Positions 1 to 10,804 of a stretch of 64,000 bases of DNA are shown piece by piece. This stretch comes from Candidatus Kapaibacterium sp. (lineage in GTDB: Bacteria; Bacteroidota; Ignavibacteria; Kapaibacteriales; UBA2268). Position 1 is the first letter of the stretch, and each line of letters begins with the position of its first letter. The DNA is taken from assembly GCA_963664875.1 (NCBI GenBank), contig OY761611.1:416001-480000 (forward strand), given 5' to 3'. The notes below the pieces were generated by a model that saw only the letters and a program-made list of their open reading frames with translations, had not been told where the DNA came from and did no database searches. The translations under genes were made by a program, and so were the position numbers.

Positions 1-1
1 C

Positions 2-532
2 GGAGGTGGCTCCATGCAATTTGTATTTGCCGGAAGTGATAAGTATATAAATGGTGGCTACTACAAAGAACAAGGGGCACCAAGTCTTACAGATTTTGAC
101 CAATATGGTAATATTTTGAAAAACTATGACTTTAGGCGTGTCTATGTGGATATGCTTGAAACTTGGTTCAAAGCTTCAAAAGAAGAAACACAAGCTGTTT
201 TTGGTGAACAAATAACTTCTCTAAATATTCTGAATCCAAGAGCTACATCAGTCAGCGATTCTTTAGTTATTTCAGATAATATGCCTTTTAACATATCACC
301 AAATCCTACAATCAAAGAAGCTGCGATATCTTTCGAATTGAAATCGGCTGATTTTGTAAGTATCGATTTATACAGTGTTTTAGGAAATCGAATTTCTATG
401 ATTTACCAGGGGAATACCAATCCGGGTAGATACAGTATATCTGTAGGAGAAAACTTAGCTCCAGGCTCATATCTTGTAAACTTAAGAACAAAAAACAGAA
501 GTTATACACAAAGATTTATAGTGATAAAATAA
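2..532 (+). CDS. DUF1501-family protein with C-terminal T9SS type A sorting domain (5'-truncated by window edge)
   Basis: Frame is open from base 2 (GGGSMQFVF...). DFRRVYVDMLETWF resembles the DUF1501 C-terminus. Tail ISPNP...IDLYSVLGN...LAPGSYLVNL...RFIVIK is a typical T9SS CTD. Confidence 0.7.
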   Translation, partial: GGGSMQFVFAGSDKYINGGYYKEQGAPSLTDFDQYGNILKNYDFRRVYVDMLETWFKASKEETQAVFGEQITSLNILNPRATSVSDSLVISDNMPFNISPNPTIKEAAISFELKSADFVSIDLYSVLGNRISMIYQGNTNPGRYSISVGENLAPGSYLVNLRTKNRSYTQRFIVIK

Positions 533-3500
533 ATGAGAGGACTGTTATACATATTGTTTCTATTGCTGCTCTTCGTAAATTTATCGGCTTACGAAGAGTG
601 TGATTCTATAAGAACCTGTACCCAAAATGCAATAACTTTCGAAGTTACTTCAGGAAAGGGTGCACATTATTTGGAAGTTCAAAATACAGAATCAATAGAA
701 GCAATAGTTGATAGTATGACAGTCGATTTTTGGCTGAAGGCAGAAGAACAACCTGACAAAAATCAGTTCATTGCCGGAATATGGGGGCCGGGAGACGACT
801 ATAATGATGTTTGGTCAATTTATATCGACAGGCAAAACAGACTAACATTTCAGATAAACGGAGAAAATAGTAACAAGGGCTATACAGATAACACTTTTTG
901 CTCTTTAGATTACAATCCTTTCTTCGGTGATTGGCAGCATATCTATGCAATATTTGACGGAAGTACTTCCAAAGTTTTACTATATGTAAATGGAGAACTG
1001 TTAGCTTCCGGTATTAACGCGGAATATCCTGTCAAAAGACTAAGGAAACGTGCAAATGAAGAACTAAATATGCAAATTGGCTCTACAAACGCAGTTTCTG
1101 ATGATTTGAATTTGAATAGAACTCTTCTTGGGCAGATTGATGAATTCAGGCTTTGGAATAAGATATTTGACGAAGACAGAATGTTTTGTCAAAAAGATGA
1201 ATCTTTAGAGGGTAATGAAAAAGGACTCGTTTTATATCATCGATATAATGAAACTCCCGATAATTACATAATATGCGATGCTACCGGTAACGGCAATTTC
1301 GGAATGGCTAGGAGTGGAGCGTCTTGTACACCATCTCAAAGATATTATCAAAACACTCTTATAGTCACCTCATTGGGACAAGAGTTGCCCTTAAAAGATA
1401 CTATAGTTTGTGATGAAGAAAAGACATACTCTTTTGAAGTTCATAACATTTCGCAATGTCCAAAATCTGTAACCGTCAGGATTAGAGGAGACTACCCTAA
1501 TAAGTACACTATTTCACCGCTTAGCAAATTCAATTTAGAGCCTGATGAAAAAATGCAGTTTTCTGTAAATTTGCAAGCTGATTTTGTTGGGAAAATCAGA
1601 TCTGTGTTAGATGTTTATAACGGAAACAGATGCAGGGATTGGAATAGTTATTACATGGATATTACACGTTTAACCGAATTTTCTTATAGTACTGATACGA
1701 TTGGATTTAATGTTCTAAAAGCTAATTGCTTAGAAGTCAGGGAAGATATTCGGAGTGTTACAATCTGCAACAACAGCAACGCGATAGGAGCAGGGAGGAC
1801 TGTACAAATAGAAAATATGTCAGTAAATAACCCAGAAGCATTTCAGATATTATTGCCTAAACCTTTGCCTATCCAATTAAGTCCCGGAGAATGTATAGAT
1901 ATTCCGGTCAAATTTAACAATCTTGACTTTGCCGGAGATTTTTACGATACACTTAAAATAGAAACCGATGATAAATGCGATACTACTCGCAAAATTGAAT
2001 TAGAAGGTCACATCATTGAAGTTTTCAAGCTAACAGATGAAAGCGGTAATAACGAAATAACTAAATTTGATTTTGGGACTGAATGTATAGATTACATAAC
2101 GCCTGCTGAATCATATATTTGGCAAAACCTGACTAAAGACAATCCTTACATAGAGGAAGAAGATATCTACATAGATACCATAATTGTACCGGAACATTTT
2201 ATAAGTAAAAATTTTGACTTCCCTGTAAATATAGATACTTATGACGGCCATTATATACACTATTTCAGGTTTTTGCCTACAGCACAAGGCAATTTTGTAG
2301 ATAGTGTTATTTTTATCATCAAATCCGGTGAATGCACTATTGAAAAGAAGGTTGAAGTTTCAGGGAAAGGTTACTACGCCAATCTTCAATTTGATGATGC
2401 TATGGTAGATTTTGGAGATGTAATTATTGGGCAAGAGAAAACTATAGATATTCCGATTACAAATCTAAGTGATGAGCCTGTCAATTTGCTTGCATATCTC
2501 AAATATGGTTCCGGTTTTTACTTTGCTTCCGGACAGGATTTGAATCTTGCTCCAAATCAAACTAAGAAAGTAAGTATAATTTTTAGACCTATAGTTGATT
2601 CTACTTATACTGATGAGCTTTGTTATTTAGAAAAAAGATGCTATGAGTCAGATTGTATTACATTGAACGGAAAAGGTATTTATCAGATATTTTCTTACGA
2701 ACCAAATATTCTTTTGTTCGATAAAGTTCTTGCCTGTGACTCAAAAATTGACTCTATTCAAATAGCAAATACAGGTAGTAGTCCAATAGTGCTTTCAAAT
2801 TTTATAATCGATGATCAGAGTAATAAATATACTTATCTTGATAATAATACTTTGTTGCCTACTGCACTACCAAATATTATAAATTTTGCTCCCGGTAACA
2901 AGCTCACATTCGTTTTTTCTTATGCTCCTGATGATATTACTATGGACAGAGCAGATAGAGCGTTCCTGCGTTTTGTAGATGATAAAAATCAAGACTGGCA
3001 TTTGAAATTGTTTGCAACTTCGGTCAATCCCAAAATTTATATAACAGAGGAAACTAAGTACGGAATTATCGAAGTTAGCGATAGTAAAAGAGATACATTA
3101 GTTATTGAGAATATTTCGCAATCAATAATTGCATTAGATAGCTTGTCCGTTTCGGATGGATTCGAGATTGTCTATCCCAATCCTACAAATTTTAGTCAGG
3201 ATTTGAATCCCGGCGATACTATTATGTTGATTGTTGATTTCGTTCCGACTGTGCCAAAATACTACGAAGGAATTGTTTATGTTGGAGCCAATTCCCCTTG
3301 TGTTTCTTATGCAGAAGGTAAATTAACAGGAAATGCTATAATCGTTCCATTAGAAGTACCAATATCTACCATTAGTTATGGATATATTAAGTCATGTGAT
3401 TGTGAAGAACGCAATATTACATTGATAAATGCTTCGAACACTTTTCCTATGGTCATAGATTCAGTTTGGATTGATGATTTTAATGCTTCGAATCCATATC

Positions 3501-5578
3501 CGGAATTTTTTACATGGACTTCTTCTTTTTACAAAGCTAATGGAGAAGTTCTTCCATACGAAATACCTGCTGGTCAGTTTGATACTCTGGTTGTTTCATA
3601 TTGTCCCGGTAATCCATCTAAACGTGAATTTATAAATAATGATGCAACTTTGCATTTAACCTCTCACGGACAATCTTGGGAAAGAAATTTTGATGTTTAT
3701 TTATCAGGGAAACGGAATTTGACATTTGAGGCAGATCCAACTTATGTTGCATTTCCTCCGACAAGGGTAGATACCTTAGCCCCATCGAGATATGTTAATA
3801 TTACTATCCCGGAAATAGCTGTAAACCCGGAACAAATGCCATTGAAGATTGATTCTATATCTTTTAGCCCTGCAGAAAGAGTTTTTTCTGCAATCGATTA
3901 TAGAACAGGTTTAGATAAAAATATTACTCTTGCCTTAGGGGATACTTTACCTTTGCAGATAGACTTCAAGCCGCGTGCTGTTAGAGAGTATTATGCAAAG
4001 ATGATTTTGCACTTTTCTGAACCGTGTCCTGAGTTAGACTCTACAATTGAGCTATATGGTTCTGCGTTTGCCCCTGCTTATGCTCTTAATTTTAGATTCG
4101 ATACGTTAGATATAGAATTAGATACATTTAAAATGATAAGCTGCGATACTCTTTCAGTGCCAATTTATTCATCTCGTGAGATTCCGGCAGAGATAGTAGA
4201 TATTGGCATTAAAATAATCTACGACACGGACAAGTTAGATTTGATAGGAGCAGATTCTTATTATTTGACAAAATCCTGTTTCAGTTATTCTCCATCTATA
4301 TCAATCAAAGATTCTTCTGCTGATGGGAAAGCACTTTTGCTGAAAAATTTCTGCGGGGTTGACTCTCTAAAGCCATTATGTCATGCAAAATTTGTATCAA
4401 AACTTCAGATGCGAGATACTTTACTCATAAAAATGGACTCATTAACTTTTGACACTGAAGAAGTGATACTTTACGACATTATTGCAACTAATGATAGTGC
4501 GATGGTAGTAATTTTAGAACCTGACTTTAGGGTTTCTCAGCCCATCACATACGATAGTGTTCAGATATTAGATTGTGTAACTCGTACATTTGAAATTGTG
4601 AACTCCGGAGATATACCTATAAGTCTATCTTCAATACTGAATTTACCCACTGATGTACTGATTGTAAATTCAGTCCCGGCTCTTGATGTAATGTTTGATG
4701 TTGGCGACACTGCTTTTATTGAGATAGAGTATTGCCCTCAATCTAAAGATACAATCGATACTGAAGTCTATCCTTTCAGCAATGATCCGTGCCAAATAAG
4801 TGATACCAGCTTTATCTCAGGATATGGTTTTGCACCTGATTTACCTCTAGCTTTTAAATTTGATTTATCGGTTTTAGTACCTGAATTTAGCGGAACTATT
4901 GGGGAAAGACTCACCATACCTGTTTTTTTAGATACAAATCTTTCAACTATTCTAAAAGGTAAGGAACATTGGCTGCGTGATTTACAATTTGATTTACGAA
5001 TTACTTACAATCCACGAGCTTTGCAGTATATCGGACTTGTAGATTCCAAAATTGACTTCTCAGAAACAGATTATCAACCGGGAAATATTGTCCTTAAAGC
5101 TAATAATATTGATAGTTTAAGCAAGGGACAATTATTCAACTTGATTTTTGAGGCAACTGTTCCTGATGTAATTTCTTCCGATTTGCAAGTAGAAGTTAGC
5201 AATTTAGATTCTCAAGAATTGATGTTCCTTGATTTATATCCAAGCGGAGGAAAGGGGATTTACAATAGTGATGGAAAGTGTTTTATATCTTATTTCAAAT
5301 TCGAGTCTTCCGAAACACAATTATTTGGCAACTATCCTAATCCATGGTCAGAAAAAACAACTGTCCGCTTCAAATTGGGTGAAAAAGTGCCGGTTAGTTT
5401 AGACTTATATTCTTACACAGGCGAAAAAATAGAAACCCTGATTGATAGTAATTATCCATTTGAAAGGGGAGAATATAGTATAGAATTATTATCCGGAAAT
5501 TTGAAATCCGGTTTGTATTATTTGACATTCAAAGCCGGCATTTATACTGAAAATATTTCTATTATGCTTGTTAAGTAA
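533..5578 (+). CDS. Large secreted protein: LamG-like domain, repeated Ig-like (ASH/choice-of-anchor D) modules, two cohesin-like domains, T9SS sorting domain
   Basis: Signal peptide; LamG motifs (TVDFW, WQHIYAIFDG, LYVNG, GQIDEFRLWN); repeated DFG/xxxITNxS modules; C-terminal NYPNPWSEKT...LKSGLYY. Confidence 0.75.
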   Translation: MRGLLYILFLLLLFVNLSAYEECDSIRTCTQNAITFEVTSGKGAHYLEVQNTESIEAIVDSMTVDFWLKAEEQPDKNQFIAGIWGPGDDYNDVWSIYIDRQNRLTFQINGENSNKGYTDNTFCSLDYNPFFGDWQHIYAIFDGSTSKVLLYVNGELLASGINAEYPVKRLRKRANEELNMQIGSTNAVSDDLNLNRTLLGQIDEFRLWNKIFDEDRMFCQKDESLEGNEKGLVLYHRYNETPDNYIICDATGNGNFGMARSGASCTPSQRYYQNTLIVTSLGQELPLKDTIVCDEEKTYSFEVHNISQCPKSVTVRIRGDYPNKYTISPLSKFNLEPDEKMQFSVNLQADFVGKIRSVLDVYNGNRCRDWNSYYMDITRLTEFSYSTDTIGFNVLKANCLEVREDIRSVTICNNSNAIGAGRTVQIENMSVNNPEAFQILLPKPLPIQLSPGECIDIPVKFNNLDFAGDFYDTLKIETDDKCDTTRKIELEGHIIEVFKLTDESGNNEITKFDFGTECIDYITPAESYIWQNLTKDNPYIEEEDIYIDTIIVPEHFISKNFDFPVNIDTYDGHYIHYFRFLPTAQGNFVDSVIFIIKSGECTIEKKVEVSGKGYYANLQFDDAMVDFGDVIIGQEKTIDIPITNLSDEPVNLLAYLKYGSGFYFASGQDLNLAPNQTKKVSIIFRPIVDSTYTDELCYLEKRCYESDCITLNGKGIYQIFSYEPNILLFDKVLACDSKIDSIQIANTGSSPIVLSNFIIDDQSNKYTYLDNNTLLPTALPNIINFAPGNKLTFVFSYAPDDITMDRADRAFLRFVDDKNQDWHLKLFATSVNPKIYITEETKYGIIEVSDSKRDTLVIENISQSIIALDSLSVSDGFEIVYPNPTNFSQDLNPGDTIMLIVDFVPTVPKYYEGIVYVGANSPCVSYAEGKLTGNAIIVPLEVPISTISYGYIKSCDCEERNITLINASNTFPMVIDSVWIDDFNASNPYPEFFTWTSSFYKANGEVLPYEIPAGQFDTLVVSYCPGNPSKREFINNDATLHLTSHGQSWERNFDVYLSGKRNLTFEADPTYVAFPPTRVDTLAPSRYVNITIPEIAVNPEQMPLKIDSISFSPAERVFSAIDYRTGLDKNITLALGDTLPLQIDFKPRAVREYYAKMILHFSEPCPELDSTIELYGSAFAPAYALNFRFDTLDIELDTFKMISCDTLSVPIYSSREIPAEIVDIGIKIIYDTDKLDLIGADSYYLTKSCFSYSPSISIKDSSADGKALLLKNFCGVDSLKPLCHAKFVSKLQMRDTLLIKMDSLTFDTEEVILYDIIATNDSAMVVILEPDFRVSQPITYDSVQILDCVTRTFEIVNSGDIPISLSSILNLPTDVLIVNSVPALDVMFDVGDTAFIEIEYCPQSKDTIDTEVYPFSNDPCQISDTSFISGYGFAPDLPLAFKFDLSVLVPEFSGTIGERLTIPVFLDTNLSTILKGKEHWLRDLQFDLRITYNPRALQYIGLVDSKIDFSETDYQPGNIVLKANNIDSLSKGQLFNLIFEATVPDVISSDLQVEVSNLDSQELMFLDLYPSGGKGIYNSDGKCFISYFKFESSETQLFGNYPNPWSEKTTVRFKLGEKVPVSLDLYSYTGEKIETLIDSNYPFERGEYSIELLSGNLKSGLYYLTFKAGIYTENISIMLVK

Positions 5579-5583
5579 ATTAA

Positions 5584-7530
5584 TTATTTATCAATAGGAT
5601 TAGCAACTTCTATAAGGACTGTCCTGCAGTAGAAACGCCCCTCCGGTGTTTTGATATCAAATTTGATATTATCAGAACCTAAACCCAAACATGATTTGAT
5701 TTGTGATTCTGTTGTGTATTTTTGAACAATTTTGCGAACAGCATCAGCACGTCTTTGAGATAATTCCTGATTGTATTCATAACCACCCAGTAAATCCGTT
5801 GATCCTGTTATGTCAATCTCAGCATTATTCGAAATTTGAGAGCTTAGAAATGAATCTAAATATTCTTGATTTGTTTCATTTATCTTATCGCTATCGAAAT
5901 CAAAAACTATAAGATTCAATCTAGCCAATTCGAAATCATTTTGCTTAAGAGTTACAGGTAATACAAAAGTTGTGTCGTAAATATTCGAAAGTCTGTCACG
6001 CGTCAAAACCCTGATTGAATATTGCCCGTAAGAAGACAATAAACTACTTACATCTGAGATGTAATGGATGAATTTACTTTGCACTTTGTTTGAACTGTTC
6101 GAATAGATTAGATTCTTTCCATTATAGAGCTCTACTTCAATATTTTTGGCTGCATCTGAATTTTCAATTTCTAATTCAAAGTAAAGATCCTTTGACTTTA
6201 GCAGTACTTCAGAATATTGTTCATGTATTACAGGTCGGAAAAGTGATTGATTGTTAGATAGTAATTCTACTCTTCTGTTTTCAGCATATCCTTCGGAATA
6301 TTCAGTACTAGAAATTTTGTCCGGCAATTGCTGATATTTTGTAATTATTTGTTTAGGGTTGATGTTCCATCTTTGGATAAGATAATTTTTAACAGACATA
6401 GCTCGATTTCTCGCTAATTCAATTTTATCCGTCGAGTCGATGACTTCTCTGCCATCTGTTACGCCTTTTATTATCAATGTGTTAGAGGTGTCTTTTGATA
6501 GTCTGTCGCCTATAATGTTGAGTAATTGGTAATATATACTTATATTATTTTTAGGAAGATATTCTTCGCCTTTATAATTCGTTTTATCTACGAATTTGAT
6601 CGGAATATCTACCGATGCACTATCAAAAAATATATAAGGAAGCAAAGGATAGGTTTGCGTTACTGTAGTTTCTAAGTAGTTAATATTGTTTATAGTTATG
6701 TTTTTATATACTATGGGACGAATAGTATCTTCAACAATTACTTGTTCATCTTTTGTAAAATTTGATATTTGTTCAGAATGAATATCCTTTTCTAAATTTA
6801 AAAACCATACAGCACTAAGTCCAACTTTAAGCATATTTGAACTCCATTCATTATCTGCAAGTGTTGAATTTAGCTGATATCTATATGTAATCTCGGGTAT
6901 GATTGCAAATGAGCTATCTCGATTGTATCTACCAAAAATTGATAGGTTCAAACCATAATTGGTAGAGTTTATATTCATCTTACCGGATTCTATTGTATGA
7001 CTTCTGGTTTCATCAGGAAACAGGATACCATTGGGAGAATCTATTGTTTCAGTGTTAGTGTAATTGTTGCCAAACATTTCAGTACTAATATCAAAGCCCC
7101 CACGGACGCCAATTGGAATATTTTTGATAGGATAATACTTTACTCCCAAATCAAGTAAAAGATATTTGATACTTGCCTCTAAATTATGTTTCAGTACCAA
7201 TTCTTGATAAGTATTATCTACAAATACTTTTAAACCTGTTCGATTGGTATATTGAAAATCTAATGGTCTTACGTCGTATAATACTTTTGTATCAAATTCT
7301 AAGAAATTAGGGTAGATAATATAACCGGCGTTCAAACCAAACGATAAAGAAGATGAATTACCGGATTGATAAAGCCCACAGTCTGTAGATTTGGGGTATA
7401 ACGGAATTGCTGATTCATTATAAATAGAATTATAATAAACAGTTGGTCCTAAGTACAGCTTGTTTTCTGCAATAAGTGCCACCGGCATAACAAATAGCAG
7501 AAATAATATAATTATACTCGAAGTTTTCAT
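5584..7530 (-). CDS. OmpA-family protein: N-terminal beta-barrel plus two OmpA-like peptidoglycan-binding domains
   Basis: Signal peptide; IFFD...IKGVTD...LARNRAMSVKNYL...ENRRVE and FDFDS...ITGSTD...NQELSQRRADAV. Confidence 0.8.
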   Translation of the reverse strand: MKTSSIIILFLLFVMPVALIAENKLYLGPTVYYNSIYNESAIPLYPKSTDCGLYQSGNSSSLSFGLNAGYIIYPNFLEFDTKVLYDVRPLDFQYTNRTGLKVFVDNTYQELVLKHNLEASIKYLLLDLGVKYYPIKNIPIGVRGGFDISTEMFGNNYTNTETIDSPNGILFPDETRSHTIESGKMNINSTNYGLNLSIFGRYNRDSSFAIIPEITYRYQLNSTLADNEWSSNMLKVGLSAVWFLNLEKDIHSEQISNFTKDEQVIVEDTIRPIVYKNITINNINYLETTVTQTYPLLPYIFFDSASVDIPIKFVDKTNYKGEEYLPKNNISIYYQLLNIIGDRLSKDTSNTLIIKGVTDGREVIDSTDKIELARNRAMSVKNYLIQRWNINPKQIITKYQQLPDKISSTEYSEGYAENRRVELLSNNQSLFRPVIHEQYSEVLLKSKDLYFELEIENSDAAKNIEVELYNGKNLIYSNSSNKVQSKFIHYISDVSSLLSSYGQYSIRVLTRDRLSNIYDTTFVLPVTLKQNDFELARLNLIVFDFDSDKINETNQEYLDSFLSSQISNNAEIDITGSTDLLGGYEYNQELSQRRADAVRKIVQKYTTESQIKSCLGLGSDNIKFDIKTPEGRFYCRTVLIEVANPIDK

Positions 7531-7565
7531 GAGTATATAAACTACTGAGTTAAGATTTTAGTATT

Positions 7566-7595
7566 AAAAAAAGGAGATAGCAAGCTACCTCCTTT
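7566..7595 (-). terminator. Intrinsic terminator of serA-DUF1015
   Basis: Minus strand reads GGAGGTAGC-TT-GCTATCTCC followed by T7. Confidence 0.75.
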
Positions 7596-7621
7596 ATAAA
7601 AATATTTCTATCTCAAACTTC

Positions 7622-8863
7622 TTAGTCTAAGAAGTGAACGAATAAGCCGTCTCTTAATTTAGGTTCAAACCAAGTAGATTTTGGAGGCATAATTTTGCCT
7701 GCATCTGCAATGTCCATCAACTCATCTGTTGAAGTCGGGAACATAGAGAAAGCTACCTTCATTTCGCCGGAGTTTACTCTTCTTTCCAATTCATTAAGAC
7801 CTCTGATTCCACCGATAAAGTCGATATTATCGCTTGTGCGTGGATCTTCGATTCCAAGTATTGGATTTAGTACAAAGTTTTGTAAAACTGCAACGTCTAA
7901 TGATTCTACAGGGTCATCAATTTTAGTTAAATGTTCTTTTGCTGTTAAGCAGTACCATTGACCGTCCATATACATACCTACTTCGCCTTTTGCTTTAGGA
8001 GTATATTGAGCATCAACTTTTGTGCAATCGAAGTGTTGAGTTAATTTGTTAAAAAACTCTTCTTCTGTATTGCCATTCAAATCTTTAACTACACGATTAT
8101 AGTCCATGATGTATAGTTCGTGAGCAGGGAAAAGCACAGCTAAAAAGAAATTATATTCTTCATTGCCATTGTGATTAGTGTTCGCATTTTGACGTTCACG
8201 ACCTACGATTGCTGCAGCAGCAGATCTATGATGACCATCGGCAACATAGAATGCATCAACACCACCTAATAAGGTCTGGATTTTTTCAATATGCGTGTCA
8301 TTATCGATTACCCAAGACTGATGGCGAATACCATCTTCTGCCACATGATCGTTATCCGGTTCAGCTTTTTTAACTTCTTCTACAATAGCGTTTACTTCGT
8401 CCAAATCTCTATAAGTAAGGAAAATAGGACCAGTATGTGCATTTGTTACTCTAACGTGGTTACATCTGTCTTCTTCTTTTACCGCACGAGTTTTTTCGTG
8501 TTTTTTAATTACATCATTCCAGTAATCATCAACAGATGCACATCCTACAAGACCGTTCTGAGTTCTGCCGTTCATAGTCTGAGCATAAACATAGAAGCAA
8601 GGTTTTGCATCTTCAACTAAGTTACCGTCAGATATAAGTTTTTCAAGATTTTCTTTTCCTTTGTTGTAAACTTCAGCAGAATACAAATTAACAGAAGGAT
8701 CCAAATCGACTTCAGGTTTTCCAACATGAAGGAAAGAAAGTGGTTTACCTTCTACCATTTTACGAGCTTCTTCCGAATTCATAACATCATAAGGAAGTGC
8801 TGCAATATCACCTGCTTTACCTTTGGCAGGTCTAAATGCTTTGAATGGACGAAAAACTGCCAT
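7622..8863 (-). CDS. DUF1015 family protein
   Basis: LPYDV, IKKHEKTR, YVADGHHR and MPPKSTWFEPKLRDGL motifs; follows serA. Confidence 0.9.
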   Translation of the reverse strand: MAVFRPFKAFRPAKGKAGDIAALPYDVMNSEEARKMVEGKPLSFLHVGKPEVDLDPSVNLYSAEVYNKGKENLEKLISDGNLVEDAKPCFYVYAQTMNGRTQNGLVGCASVDDYWNDVIKKHEKTRAVKEEDRCNHVRVTNAHTGPIFLTYRDLDEVNAIVEEVKKAEPDNDHVAEDGIRHQSWVIDNDTHIEKIQTLLGGVDAFYVADGHHRSAAAAIVGRERQNANTNHNGNEEYNFFLAVLFPAHELYIMDYNRVVKDLNGNTEEEFFNKLTQHFDCTKVDAQYTPKAKGEVGMYMDGQWYCLTAKEHLTKIDDPVESLDVAVLQNFVLNPILGIEDPRTSDNIDFIGGIRGLNELERRVNSGEMKVAFSMFPTSTDELMDIADAGKIMPPKSTWFEPKLRDGLFVHFLD

Positions 8864-8896
8864 TATAATATCCTTTTTATTTATCTAATTTATTGA

Positions 8897-9805
8897 TTAT
8901 GCTTTTAAAGTATCTACCACTCTTTGTGCTATTTCAGTACTAACTCTTACCTGAGCTTCATCAGTAGAAGCACCTATGTGAGGAGTAACAGAAACATTTG
9001 GATGATTGATAAGTTCTTTTTGAGCTTCGCCTGCAGGCTCAGTTTCAAATACATCAATTGCTGCAAAGTCAACTGTTCCATCATTAAGAGCTTTCAAAAG
9101 AGATTTTTCGCAAACTACACCACCACGAGCACAATTTACTACTACCATACCTTTTTTCATTTTTGCAAAGTCAGCTTCACCGAGTGCAGGACCTTGTTCT
9201 TTGATAAAAGGCATGTGCATAGAGATAAAGTCTGAAGTAGCTAATACTTCGTCTTTTGAAACAATTTTGACATCCATATTTGTTTCTTTAACAAAAGGAT
9301 CAAAGGCAATTACGTTCATTCCAAGTCCGATAGCTCTTTTTGCAGTTTCTCTTCCAATTGCACCTAAACCGAAAAGTCCTAATGTTTTGCCTGTAACTTC
9401 ACGACCTTTGCTGTATTCTTTTTTAGGCCATTTGCCTTCTCTCATTTCTACATTGCTTCTGTGCAAGAATCTACCAACACTCATCATGTGTGCTATTGCT
9501 AATTCTGCAACTGAAATTGAGGATGCTCCCGGAGTATTCAATACAGGAATGCCTTTTTCTTTAGCATAAACATGGTCTATGTTATCAATACCAACACCGG
9601 CACGTGCAATAGCTTTCAAGTTAGTTCCTGCATCAATTACATCTTTTGGAACTTTAGTAGCTGAGCGAACAACAATAGCATCAAAATCTTTGATATTTGC
9701 TACTAAGTCAGCTGGTTCGTAAAATTGTTCTACAACTTCAAGACCATTGTCTTTTAAAATTTTTAGTCCGTCAGGATGCATACCGTCAGAAATTAACACT
9801 TTCAT
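8897..9805 (-). CDS. serA: D-3-phosphoglycerate dehydrogenase (short form, no ACT domain)
   Basis: [37 protein letters not shown]; clustered with serC and DUF1015. Confidence 0.85.
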   Translation of the reverse strand: MKVLISDGMHPDGLKILKDNGLEVVEQFYEPADLVANIKDFDAIVVRSATKVPKDVIDAGTNLKAIARAGVGIDNIDHVYAKEKGIPVLNTPGASSISVAELAIAHMMSVGRFLHRSNVEMREGKWPKKEYSKGREVTGKTLGLFGLGAIGRETAKRAIGLGMNVIAFDPFVKETNMDVKIVSKDEVLATSDFISMHMPFIKEQGPALGEADFAKMKKGMVVVNCARGGVVCEKSLLKALNDGTVDFAAIDVFETEPAGEAQKELINHPNVSVTPHIGASTDEAQVRVSTEIAQRVVDTLKA

Positions 9806-9856
9806 GATGACCTCGAATAAAATAGGTTAATATTAATATGGATTAAGTCTATAATC

Positions 9857-9888
9857 TTTTGACTATCTAAGTACTTAGATAGTCAAAA
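9857..9888. repeat. Perfect 32-bp palindrome overlapping the predicted serA promoter
   Basis: TTTTGACTATCTAAGT|ACTTAGATAGTCAAAA, no spacer or mismatch; minus-strand TAttTTTG at 9884-9891. Confidence 0.85.
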
Positions 9889-9960
9889 ATAAACAAAAAG
9901 GCATGAGTACCCAAAAAAAATTGATAAATATAAAAAGAATAATCTTTACAGTGTCCGATT

Positions 9961-10686
9961 TTATAAAGTATTTAATATAAGAGATATGCCTAAAAGCAGA
10001 AGTAAGTAGTAAATAGCCTTATTGAAGGAGGATAAGTTCAATTTCTTATTTATATAAGTGCCTAATACGAATGCACATGCTGCAAAAGGAATACAAATAG
10101 AAAAAGTAGAAAACAGTTTGACTGTCCAAAGTCCACTAGTTATATGGGTAATTATTATTATTATGTTTGTTGGCAGAAAAAAGCCTTGAAGTTTGGCTCT
10201 AAATTCTTGTGGTTCCCATTTTGACAGGGTTCCATGTATAACTATAGGTGGTCCATTGACATTATAAGCTCCGCCTAACAGACCACTTATAATCGACAAA
10301 GAATATGCGAGAAAATTGTTTATCCTGAACTCAATAACATTATCAAAATATAGTTTAAACAGAGAAAAGAAGATGAGAGTTGCACCTAAAGATATATATA
10401 TAATACTTTGATTGATTTGTTGAACTAAAAATGCACCAATAGGTATTGTAAGTATTATTACAGCAAGTAGTTTATAATTGAATATTGCCTTGAAATTATT
10501 TTTATCTTTAATAATAATACCAAGTGCTATTGCTGTGGAGAATAATGCAACGAGGGGAGAAGCTATAGATATATCAGTAACAAGCAGTAATAATGGCATT
10601 GCAATTAGAGCATCTGCAAAACCAAATATGGACCTTACTAATGAGGATAAAAATATAATTCCTGTTATAAGTATAATCTCTGTCAT
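9961..10686 (-). CDS. Sulfite exporter TauE/SafE family membrane protein
   Basis: Hydrophobic; FGFADALIAMPLL and SGLLGGAYNVNGPP repeats. Confidence 0.8.
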   Translation of the reverse strand: MTEIILITGIIFLSSLVRSIFGFADALIAMPLLLLVTDISIASPLVALFSTAIALGIIIKDKNNFKAIFNYKLLAVIILTIPIGAFLVQQINQSIIYISLGATLIFFSLFKLYFDNVIEFRINNFLAYSLSIISGLLGGAYNVNGPPIVIHGTLSKWEPQEFRAKLQGFFLPTNIIIIITHITSGLWTVKLFSTFSICIPFAACAFVLGTYINKKLNLSSFNKAIYYLLLLLGISLILNTL

Positions 10687-10804
10687 TTTTGTATGAAATT
10701 TAGTAAATCGAAATACTTTTTTATGAAATGATGTACGAAAATGCTAACTTGCATTTGGAAATCAATATCCAACTACAAATATATAGAAAAAAAGGAGTTT
10801 TGAA

